DNA of 64,000 bases from Chlorokybus atmophyticus. Lineage: Eukaryota; Plantae; Mesostigma and Chlorokybus algae. The DNA is taken from the NCBI GenBank assembly GCA_009103225.1, contig RHPI01003124.1, positions 373,757 through 437,756 on the forward strand. Direction: 5' to 3'. Below, piece by piece: positions 12,001 to 21,486 of the stretch (positions are counted from its first letter, which is position 1; each line of letters begins with the position of its first letter). The position numbers were made by a program, and so were the translations under genes. A model generated the notes under the pieces. That model searched no databases. It had not been told where the DNA came from and saw only the letters and a list, made by a program, of their open reading frames with translations.

Positions 12001-12590
12001 ATGACGTGCGTGTGGAGGCAGCTAATGACTTCCTTACAAAGTGCGCGGACATTAACAAGGCAGCTAGGGATGCGTTATTGGTGGCACAAAATCGGCAGAA
12101 GCAGTACGCGGACGCGCATCGCCGACACCTCACGTTTCAGGAAGGCGACATTGTGTTACTCTCCGCGAAGCACGTCCATGTGCGTACGGGAGTTCGCAAG
12201 CTGAATGAACGCTGGTTGGGACCATTTAAGGTCAGCAAAGTTATCTCGGACGTGGCGTACAAGTTGGAGCTACCCGACACCATGCGTGTGCACCCCGTTT
12301 TTCACGTCTCCCTTCTGAAAGCATATCGAGGACAACCGCCAGAAAGGCCACCCCCCGAAGTTGGCACGGACGGTGAACCCGAGTGGGAGGTAGAAGACAT
12401 CCTTGGTGAGAAGTTTGTGCATGGCGTACGCAAGTTCTTAGTGAAATGGAAGGGCTATCCGTTGCATGAAGCATCCTGGGAGCCAGAGGCACACTTGACT
12501 AATGCTCAAGACGTTGTGCGTGCCTATCTTGCTCGACGACAACCTCGCGAGCTTCGAGGACGAAGCTCACCTGGGGGCGGAGGAGTGTAA
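9057..12590 (+). CDS. pol: Chromovirus Pol (PR-RT-RNaseH-INT-chromodomain), probably expressed by -1 frameshift from gag
   Basis: IDSGANSNF (PR); LRMCVDYRALN and YLDDILV (RT); CDASD..TDH (RH); GHQG..CDAC and DFITGLP..DRDPRF..TDGQTER (INT); EWEVEDIL..FLVKWKGYP..SWEPE (chromodomain). The frame is already open upstream of the gag stop. Confidence 0.95.
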   Translation: MTFPLKKQEEMALNAPMVVSYANEETTKYFGLRAHICYDQGQWRECKLTIDSGANSNFMSIDIARRYGWLSSLRGGEVKLADGEPPSGGDGAAFMTKELCVRIGKMKESMRFCCITLRNGFDGILGLPWLWQHNPAINWRKRVLTIERNGGESIQAASDVIEARHAQLGGTTIAQISYVQLRKLLSPRKAKAAWLCVVRENTAKSAPELSDDVQTATMDPEVCKLVKEYQDTMVDGLPSGLPPPRSVDHRVELMEGVHKPPYRPVYKLSPLELEEAERQVADLLERGYIRPSKSPYGAPILFVRKKNGSLRMCVDYRALNNITKRNCFPLPRIDELLEQLQGAQYFTTLDLAGGYHQIRIAPEDVEKTAFNTRYGHYEWLVMSFGLTNAPATFQTLMNSVFADLIGKGVLVYLDDILVYATTKEEHVALLRRVLQRLREHKLYAQLQKCKFLLREVEYLGHIVSHEGIKPDPNKVQVVREWAAPTNVKEVMSFLGLAGYYRKFIMGFSRIAAPLTTLLKKGKHWSWSATEEHAFAALKKALTEAPVLAHPNMEKTFILACDASDTAVGAVLQQDHGNGLQPVAFFSKKMSGAELNYPVHEKELLAQVMALRQWRCFLEGKKFVLETDHSPLRYLQTQPHLSRRQARWLEFFQLFDFDIKYKPGTSNGVADALSRLNAIEALAQVQPEWTDQIRQVLREDTEGMKVLQELKNTATDTSGHWSLRDGLLWHHGRLYIPNVAHIRVKLLKEAHDVPIAGHQGLERTLASLKQRFYWREMHRDVRDYVALCDACQRVKASNQKPGGLLQPLPVPLSKWEQVTMDFITGLPKTKEGYDAILVFVDKTSKMVRLAPCSESCTAPEAARLFVKHVFRSHGLPRSIVSDRDPRFTSKFWEALHSALGTTLKFSTAFHPQTDGQTERANRVIEDMLRCYVNARQDNWEELLELVEFAINNHHNASTGVTPFLMNYGQHPLTPLTAWTPRRHDVRVEAANDFLTKCADINKAARDALLVAQNRQKQYADAHRRHLTFQEGDIVLLSAKHVHVRTGVRKLNERWLGPFKVSKVISDVAYKLELPDTMRVHPVFHVSLLKAYRGQPPERPPPEVGTDGEPEWEVEDILGEKFVHGVRKFLVKWKGYPLHEASWEPEAHLTNAQDVVRAYLARRQPRELRGRSSPGGGGV
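12573..12585 (+). promoter_or_regulatory. Polypurine tract
   Basis: GGGGGCGGAGGAG immediately before the 3' LTR TG. Confidence 0.85.
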
Positions 12591-13257
12591 CAGTCAGGGC
12601 CAAATTCTGTGATTTTCATGGCCGTTTTAGGCCTTATTTGTGAGGTACATGTTTTTAATGACTTGTGGCGGATATCGGCGAGTTATGAGTCTGCCGCGGA
12701 TATCGACCGGGGCCCCAAGACCAGTCCGGAAGGTGCCAGAAAACGGAGGGCCAGTCGAGAAGGGCTCGACCAGATTTCTGGAAGGGCCTGGCGCCAAGTA
12801 GTATAACTTGACCATATGAGCAGCAAATTAGGAGATCTTTGGTGCGTTGGAAAGGTCTAGAAGTGTACTACAAGATTCTGCAAGAATATCTTAGCTTCTA
12901 GTTCCGTCTAGCGCTAGAATCGTCTAGACAGTAGCATGTGCAGACTGGTAGGTATAAAAGTGACATTCTACAATTTGCAATACAACCTTTAGCTCCCTAG
13001 TTTCTGGTGTGCAAGCTTGGTGGTGGTTAGCAGGGGTTGCTAGCGTGTGCCCACCGGTGTGTGCTTGCTTGTGTGACGATCCAAGGCGCTACACAAGTCG
13101 GTGTGTAGCTTCGAGCGCATGCGCGTGCGTACGCGAGTGGCGGGGCGCGTGTGTGTGCTTGGCAGAGGGGGCAAGGTTCCGGTGTGAATACCGTGTCTTG
13201 GTGAGAGGGTTGTGGATTGGACCAACTCACAGGTGACAAGGCACGAGCACCGTCACA
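12586..13257 (+). repeat. 3' LTR (672 bp)
   Basis: Near-identical to the 5' LTR; followed by the TSD ATCCA. Confidence 0.97.
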
Positions 13258-13856
13258 ATCCATGTCCATCGCGCCAACGCCGCTTTGTGTTGCAGCTTAC
13301 CTGTTTTCGAGGAGGATCAAGCTACACCTTATGCATCACGCGCCAGTCAGGAAGTGAGTAGTAGATAGTAGTTGAGTTGAGGGGGAGGGAGAGTCTATTT
13401 ATCCACTGGCCTGATAGTGGGCCTTTGCCGTTCTTTCTTTCAACACTTGCGTAGTTAATCTTGCAATTCACTTATAGTCAAGCACATTATCAGCTCGGGG
13501 GNNNGGGGGGAGGAAAGGGATATCTGTTTATACAGCGTCAGCATGGCATCCTTGCACTCATCCTCGAGGGGACTTGCGCAAGCAGAGCAGGCAAAGTTTA
13601 CTATTGCCGCTTCTACACCAAGCATTCCACGCTTTGGGGTACGTGGTAAAACATCAACTCCACCAACTGAGGCTCCTCGTGAATTCACGAGTTTGACATA
13701 GCCAAGCAAGACCCTACACAGCGCTTTCCGCTCGCTCAGGCCATTGCAACCCGAGTGGCAACCGCTCCGATTACCTCGCCTCCTGTGCTCGATGATCCTC
13801 TATGTCGGCTAAACCTTTCAACCGTGTATCGGACACCACAGCGACGCCGCGACGGC

Positions 13857-14807
13857 ATGAATGTCTTGAAGTTGTTTAGAGGAGTCGAAAGCGGCTTGGC
13901 ATTGATGCTTGTGTAGTGTGGGCATCCCAGTCAGCACGTACTTCTACGGTGACCCCAGCCTGGCGGCGCAAGCACAGACAGCAATGTCTCACCACCTACT
14001 GCATATGCGCAAGAGGAAACCACTGCTGGAGCCGTTCGCAGCTGCAGGCAGCCTGCGTGCCTTGCCTCAGGACCTCCGCCTCATTACAGAGGAACACCTA
14101 CTCCCATTAGGGGGTGTTGACCTCATCATAGCAGGATGAGAATGTCAAGGACACTCACGAGCTGGCAGGGGACTGGGCCTGCAGGACCCAAATGAATTCG
14201 TGGGCCTGCAGGACCCATATGAATTCGTTCTGGAAATTGGTCCGCATCATACATATATACAAAAAGAGCAACCCGACAAGCCTCCCGCGTACACTTTTGA
14301 GATTGTGCATGCACAGAATGACCAGCGTAGCAACGTACGCACCGATTACCCACAATATTGCACAGTGCTCGGCACACCTGTTGTCATCGATGCTGCGGCC
14401 AATGGCTCCCGTGCGCACCAATCGCGCAGCAAGTGGACTTTGTTTTACCAATGTGAAAAACTTAACAGTAGCACAACTTTTGTTAACTTTTGTTTGTTGG
14501 GCCTCTTGGCTGCTGAGGCTTCACCTCAATTAGTCACTCGGCCAGACTACAAGCACTTCCACCAATGCAGCAAGGTGGGACATACTATGGCTGCCTTGCC
14601 AACATTTGTGGCCTACCCAGGCTCACGTTCGTTTTGCAATGGCCACATTGGTATGGTTTGAATAGCAGTCTCAAATGTCTTCGCAAGCCTCTAGCTACTG
14701 AGCGCGAGTTGGCAATGGGTTTTTGGCCTGGTGCCATCACACATGCTTCTTGGCTGGCGGAATGCGATTGTCGCGAGCTACTTGATCGCGCAATGGACCA
14801 GAACAGC
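13857..14807 (+). pseudogene. DNA cytosine-5 methyltransferase domain (DNMT3/DRM-like) embedded in the old gypsy pol, degenerate
   Basis: Motif I VLKLFRGVESG; motif IV VDLIIAG*ECQGHSRAGRGLGLQDP (catalytic Cys codon 14143-14145); FWKLVRII; motif VI PAYTFEIV; motif VIII IDAAANGSRAHQSR..WT; motifs IX/X ERELAMGF..G and ELLDRAMD. Contains stops, frameshifts and a 27-bp tandem duplication (14174-14227). Confidence 0.85.
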
Positions 14808-14904
14808 GATTTTGTTACTAGAGGCATGCTTAACCCTTCAACACAGCTACCGGCCAAGTCCACCACCCCGATCATACGCGCGGGGAGGGGGGGGGGGGGG
14901 GGGN

Positions 14905-14946
<42 letters not shown>

Positions 14947-15189
14947 GAACCTGCTAAATTCAGGGACCTATCATTTGTCGCCATGGCTTCTTACGGCGTC
15001 GAGCTTGAAGCACTTAAGGAAGCACTTGACATCCCTCACAGCTACGAACCTGAGCAAGAAGGCTGGCGCATCGGCTGAATGGCCTCTGGTGACGTCGAGG
15101 ACAAGTTAAAGTCCCTCCTTGAAGAGCACAAGACACAGCTCGCTCACTCTCTCTAAGACTTGAGCAAGTGCAACTTCTACGAGTCATTA

Positions 15190-15599
15190 CATTTCGCTGC
15201 CTATGGCGATCGCCCCTGGGCATAACAGCCAAAACTTCTGGTGGTTAATGAGTCATAAGCCACCTATGACTCATAATTCGTGTTTCGGCGATAACTTTAA
15301 ACTGGCGGCAAATGTTTTTTGAGCCGTGGAAACCAAAGTTGTAGACCTCGTCAAGGTCTACAACTTTTCCTTTGACAGCGCAAGATTTCTGGCGGCCAAC
15401 GAAAGTTATCTTAAAGACGGTCAGATCGGCAGTCCAAAATTCATCGGCGCCGCACGTTTTATGACATTTGCCCCATCCGACGGTAGTGCGAGCAGCCACG
15501 ACAGCGAGGGTCGCGAGCCGGTCGACTGCGTTATTATTACTTGAATTAGGGGTCGATGGTCCTAGTAGTAAAACCCTAATCGCCATAGGCAGCGAAATG
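15190..15599. mobile_element. 410-bp MITE with 21-bp perfect TIRs and TA target duplication (Tc1/mariner-type by TSD)
   Basis: CATTTCGCTGCCTATGGCGAT (15190-15210) is the exact reverse complement of 15579-15599. TA at 15188-89 and 15600-01. Removing it rejoins the gypsy linker to the RT start. Confidence 0.8.
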
Positions 15600-15603
15600 T
15601 AAT

Positions 15604-16885
15604 ATTACGATTGACTTAGACACTCTCGGCCCCATCTTCCACAAGCAGCAATTACTGGCCAAAGTGGAGATGGAGCTGAGTACATCAACTGCAAGAAGCT
15701 AGTAGACGCGGGATTTATCGGGGAGGCAGCGCCCAGCATTAGTACGCAGCCACCATCGTCATGCCCCTAAAGAAGCCTTGCTCATTAAATAAGCAAGAAC
15801 AGTGGACCCAGCGGCGTGTGTATGGAGATTACCGAAACCTGAGTAACCACACGGTATTGGACCGCTACCGCATGTACATCCCTGATGAGATCTTGGATAG
15901 CATCGGCACTTGTAAGTACTTCTCGGTGCTGAAAATGCCTTCCAGGTTTCATGAGATTGGCATGAAAGCTGAAGACAAGTGCAAGACCTCATTCTGGGGC
16001 AATTGAACATATATGAATGGAAGGGTATCCTCTTCGGATTGAAGATCGCACTTGATGTCTTTCAGCGAGTGATGGATAGAACCCTGCATGTGTTAGACAA
16101 CTCCAGGTGTTACATCGATGACATCCTCATCTTCAGCCACCGCTGAAGCTCGCCTGCAGCACATCAAGGAGGTGTTGTACCGACTAAAGGAGCACGGGCT
16201 TAGAGCACACCCTGAGAAGTGTAACTTCTTTACTTTACGTCCTCATGGAGTGATGGTGCAGCGGGCAAAAGTAGATTCGTTGCTGAAGGTGCCACCACCC
16301 ACGCACATCTTGCATCTTCATGCCTTCCTTGGTCTCGCCAACTATTACCATCGGTTTGTGCTTATATCTAGGTTGGCCAAGCCCCTCGATCACCTGCTGA
16401 AGAAAGCCATCACTTCGCTTGGGGAGAAGCCGAGCAGCAAGCCTTCAAGGCACTGAAGAGCCACCTACAATCGGCTCCCATCGTGGCGCGCCCTGATTAC
16501 AGCAAGCCCTTTATATTTCACATGAATTGGAGTCGGCTTGGGCTGGGTGCGGTGCTTTCCTAGAAGAACAACGAGCGTAAGAAACAAGTCATTCCTTACG
16601 TCAGTCGGAGCAATAACGCTGCGGAAGCCAACTACAGCAGCTATGAAGGGGAGCATTGCTGAGCTTGCAGCTGTTTGGGCCATTTAGCTTTCAGCCATTC
16701 CTCTTCGGCTACCAGTTCGAAATGGTCACTGACCACCAGCCCCTGCAGTGGCTTCTCACCAGCAACAAAGTCACTGGCAAGCACGCGCGTTGGGCTTTAT
16801 TACTACAAGAGTACGACTTCACCATCACCCACAAGCCAGGCATTGTCAACACTGATGCTAATGGCCTGAGTCGCAACCCCAATCC
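15604..16885 (+). mobile_element. Degenerate RT-RNase H of the old DNMT-bearing gypsy element; integrase absent (truncated)
   Basis: QRRVYGDYRNLSNHTVLDRY, HIKEVLYRLKEHGLRAHPEKC, FLGLANYY, VTDHQPLQWLL..ARWALLLQEYDFTITHKPG..ANGLSR; multiple stops and frameshifts. Confidence 0.9.
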
Positions 16886-17128
16886 AATTTAAGCTTCGTC
16901 CCGAATGTGATTAAAATGCAAGTGCACTGCCCATTGTGATAACTGGTGGAAGGTATGATATATAGCATAGCCATATTGTAGTTAAGATCGGAGCTATGTT
17001 AGCTGTATGCAATAAAAGCCCTAGCCTCATCCGTAACTTTGTGTTTAACTCAGTACACATGATAGAATGCAAATCACAATTGGCAGTGCACTTGCATTTT
17101 CAATCATAGTTGAGACTAAGCTTAAATT
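16886..17128. repeat. ~55-bp imperfect inverted repeat pair (MITE/foldback-like) at the point where the old gypsy ends
   Basis: 16886-16940 (aatttaagctt..aaaatgcaagtgcactgcccattgtgat) is complementary to 17073-17128. The ends can be read as TTAA- or TA-flanked. Confidence 0.7.
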
Positions 17129-17837
17129 AGAGCACTTGTTCTTTTGTGTGATAATTATGTTGTTGACTATTGCATCACGGTGGAGACTCGGCGCAACTCA
17201 AATTGCTTGATTCTTAAGCAGTGTTAAATATTCAATCGGCTTGCAATTGTACTACCCATGAGGTACATAACTAAATATCTATTAATAGTTGAGACTTGTT
17301 TTGGAAATTGGTTTGCATCTGCGGCTTGAATAGGTCAACGCATTGCATATTCATCGATGTTTGGAGAAATCAATAGGTATGCAATGACAGTCGGGACTTA
17401 AAGCATGGGTGCATTTGTGATGTCGTGATTACAAGAGGGGCAAGCAACCAATGCTGTGCTTGGCATGCTGTCGGTATCGGCGTAAAGCCACAACGATGAT
17501 GTTTGCTGCTAGTAGGTGCACAATCATATCATCGCACATACCAACGTGGTACGCAAACTGCACAACTTGTACAGTATGACGTATGTTGCCTCAACACGAA
17601 TGACAGTTGTCACTTTGCCAGCTGTGCAGCACACAGGCTCGTTCTGTCTCAGTGCAGCATTGTCAACACACGCAAGCTGTGGTTAGCAACGCAGCATGCA
17701 CCGCTCTGAACTTAGTTGCCATTGAAACACAGATGCACACTTCATGGAGACAGGTACGCACACGTGAGACACTCGAGCAAGACCTGATGTCAGAGTTGAG
17801 GCTGCGTGTCCACCTGTTCCGCTGTGTGTCCCCGCAG

Positions 17838-18076
17838 GTGACCAACGAGGAGGTCAAGGCGGCGAAGCTGGATATGCTGCGCGGGACACGCGCGCGGGGC
17901 TGCTAATCCCGCTGAACAACTGCCGGCGGGAGACATTCGACGCGCCATGGCAAAGCAAGGAACTCCGCCATTCCTACAAAAAGTGCGAGTACAACGCGTT
18001 CATGCAGCGCATCAAGACGGTCGACACACACCCGTCACTGAGAGACACTCAACTGGCTCAGGAGTTGGCTGATTGA
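17838..18076 (+). pseudogene. NDUFB7: NADH dehydrogenase complex I subunit B18 (NDUFB7) exon copy, frameshifted
   Basis: After a CAG acceptor: VTNEEVKAAKLDML, a 1-nt deletion, then RDTRAGLLIPLNNCRRETFDAPWQSKELRHSYKKCEYNAFMQRIK. This matches RDxCAHLLIPLNKCR...PWKC...RHxYEKCEY; two of the four twin-CX9C cysteines are lost. Confidence 0.8.
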
Positions 18077-18389
18077 TTGGTAGACAGGCACACGCATTGG
18101 CGGTTGTGTACCTCACCTAGCTTACCATTGAAGCAGGTTGCTTCTCAAAGCCCAGCAAAGCATGTGTGGAGAAGGGCTTTTGCGCCTAACCGCCACTGCA
18201 GCATAGTTTGCATACAAGCCAATCAGAGTTGAAGTATCCTCATTTGATGTTCGAGCACAAACAGTTGCAATGGTTGACCAACTATGAGTGCACATGCCAT
18301 AGCCTTAGCACTGATGCACAACCCAGTTGGAGTGATGTGCTTAGCAGTATGGTGCTGATACAAGCAAAACTACATGACTGCATCAGCCC

Positions 18390-18549
18390 TCAAGATTCTA
18401 GCAACTTCTTGAACTGCACTGACATGCTGAGGGTTCACTTGTCCTCCCGTCTTCTTCATGACCTAATCCTCGAAGAAGCCCAAGAACGGCACCCTCCCCA
18501 CGCGCACTCGGGCGGCCTGAGCAGGGTTCTGCACCACCAGCTCCTGGCA
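18390..18549 (-). pseudogene. GatB/YqeY C-terminal domain fragment with in-frame stop
   Basis: CQELVVQNPAQAARVRVGRVPFLGFFED*VMKKTGGQVNP resembles the Glu-tRNA amidotransferase B tail (NPxQxxxYRxGKxKLxGFFxGQVMKxTxGKANP). Confidence 0.6.
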
Positions 18550-21486
18550 CATGGCCTGGCTTATGACAACAAGCTATTAATGTTGGCCTGGGGTTGACTT
18601 GGGTTTCAACAATGCAAGCAAAGGTGCGCACGATGAAAATATCAGAACTAAACTGAAGAAAGTCTTCATCCAACAGCTGCTCACCGCCACAGAGCTCCCT
18701 CACAAGCACGCATAAATGCGATCATCATTGTGCCCGTTACGAGCTGCAATGGACGTGTGCCGGAAGCCACATCGCCAGCAGCTGCATCAGGGGCTTACTT
18801 ATGTATATCACAGACATCCACAACTGAGAGACAGACGCAGGCGCGCACATGTGTGTATGCGCACATGCACACGCACACTCCCCCCCACCCACAAGCGCGC
18901 ACGCGAGTATGTGCGCCGGATGTGTGAGTGTTTGTAAGTGCACGCCCGTGCGCACACGTGCATGCACTCGCATAAGCCCACGCCTATGCCCTCACCCACC
19001 CACCCACCCACCCACCCGAGCAGCGCGTTGCGGGGAGGCTGAGCCAGGCAAGTGGCTGAGAGTCGTAGTAGAATTGCGGCTCCGCATGCATTATCCAGGA
19101 TCATTTGGCCATTGTTGAGGGGTCCAGAGGGCTCCTTTGCTGCTGCTGCTTGGAAAAGATGGCTCTGAGGAACAAGACTGCTCCCAGCTTAAAATAACGA
19201 GAGTCGTTATCAGCGTTTTACTCAAGCCAAGAGAGGATTGCAGCTGAAGAACAGTCTGGCTCGGCAACTCGGGAGTGGACTCGCACAATTGTTGAAGATA
19301 TGCTTCGGACAATACCTGAAGGCAGGCACGTATGCATACATGTGCGTATCTACATGTATATGTGCATCCGCACTGATGAGAGTGTGAGTGATTGCATCTA
19401 TGCCAGCGCATGCATGTGCGCGCGTGCCTGCATGCTCGCATGTACAAGTGCATGGTTGAGTACATTGTGCAGACCTGAACGAATGGAATGATGCGTGACT
19501 AACCACTGTGCACACGCGCATCGATATGTACATACATGCGTGAGCTGAAAGAGTATTACCAAGGGAGGTATGCATCGGGCTCGGGCATGAACCGATAGTC
19601 CAGCAAGCTTTTCTGGTGCGCATGGATACCATACCATCTGATCCGTAACGGGATCAGACGACCTTGTCTCAGACTCCACAGCAACACCTGCATGGAGGGC
19701 ATTGCTGTGCCATTGAGCTCAACGTCAATGGCGCCAGCAATATTGCGGATGCTGTTAGGTTCTCCACCTATTGATGTAAATGCGCTCAGTCCAAGTATAG
19801 TGCTACCGTGCTTGCGAGTTGTTACAATGATGACAGGTGCGCTCACTTCAACAGAGTACAAACGTACATGTGCGTGTGCTTGTAAACATTGAGTGTCGTT
19901 CCTTGACAGATGACAGAATGCGTGGGAGCACACTTTGTCATCAAGAAACCCAACAGTTCAAATTTTACATGCATTGCTTCACACGCGTGCGCTTTGACGT
20001 CCATCAGCAAGATTGACGGACACAAATATATAAATTCGCAGGGAGCCCTCCTGTTGCCAGTAACACAAAGCCTGCTTGAGCTGCCTGTGAAAGGTTATAT
20101 GCTTGATGAAAATTTACACCAACCTCCATGTTGCCATCGCCTGTGCTCATGTGACGTAACAGTTGTTGCATGTTGCGCACGAATGCGGCTGCAGTCTTGC
20201 CGGAACGCATCTCTGGTGCCGGGGCTGATGGGGTGAATAAGCACAATCAGCAAAACTGCAGCCGCATTCGTGCGCAACATTCAACAACTCTTACGTCACA
20301 CTGTTAGACACTGGGTGTAAATCAAGTAGTATCAAGCAATATGTACCTCCATCAGCGCAGTCGCAGCCTGGTTCAAGTTGACCAAAGCATACAGCTGGCC
20401 AGGTGCATAGCTGCTCTTCCGCCCCCNNNNNNNNNNNNNNNNNNNNNNNNNNNNNNNNNNNNNNNNNNNNNNNNNNNNNNNNNNNNNNNNNNNNNNNNNN
20501 NNNNNNNNNNNNNNNNNNNNNNNNNNNNNNNNNNNNNNNNNNNNNNNNNNNNNNNNNNNNNNNNNNNNNNNNNNNNNNNNNNNNNNNNNNNNNNNNNNNN
20601 NNNNNNNNNNNNNNNNNNNNNNNNNNNNNNNNNNNNNNNNNNNNNNNNNNNNNNNNNNNNNNNNNNNNNNNCCCCGTGTCTTGCTCCAGCTGTCCTATAG
20701 CATAAATGTGGGTTACGCAATACCAAAACTTGACATGCATGTTAAATGGCATCGAGATGCTTGCCTGTACGCTAATTGGACTGGCAACGAGGCTGCCCCT
20801 TGTCTGAATGGACTTGAAGCGCGCCTCCCGTTACAATCAGAGAGCGTTGCTGTGTTATCTGCCAAGAATGAAACCAACCTTTGTACGCATGCTGACGGGC
20901 AAGTGGCTGTTTGTTGCACCCTTCTGCTACTCAACCGCATGCACGTGCAATGCGCTGGTGCCGTATAAATGCAGTCAGTAAAGGCCTTCACTTACATGCT
21001 CAACTAGCTAGCAAAGCCAGCTGGCCACACTGCAAATCAATGCTCAGCTAACAATGCGCAAAATCTGGTATAAACGTAGTGGGTGAAGAATACGCTATCC
21101 ACAAGTAGCATGGAATGTGCATTGCGGTCAAGTAGACAAGCAGCGACGGTGACTGCATGTTGAACCAAACACTTCGTTGCGCTGGATGCGAAGTCGCAGC
21201 TCAGGAAACCAAGCGCCTTGACAGCTCAATGCGAGAGCAACAACAGCATGCATGCCATCTGTGCGGGTGGTGCCACCGAGCAGCACGTAGCCAGCTGACC
21301 TGTGGCCTCCTCCGTAAGCGTGCATGCAGTCATGCATCCTGTTATGCTCAAAGCAACCAATGGCCAGCATGAGTGATGGCGCCGCCCTTCACCGCCTAAC
21401 ACAGCAAGCAGTACAAAACAGTAAGCCCGCAAAGCATGCAGCTTGGCTTCAGGCTCAGCAGCAAACCCTAACAATCAGCTGGAAGG

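Larger units (their letters stand above)
7214..13257 (+). mobile_element. Intact, young Ty3/gypsy chromovirus LTR retrotransposon (6,044 bp)
   Basis: TG...CA LTRs at 7214-7880 and 12586-13257 differ by one substitution and two small indels. 5-bp TSD ATCCA at 7209-7213 and 13258-13262. PBS, PPT, and uninterrupted gag and pol with order PR-RT-RH-INT-chromodomain. Confidence 0.98.
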
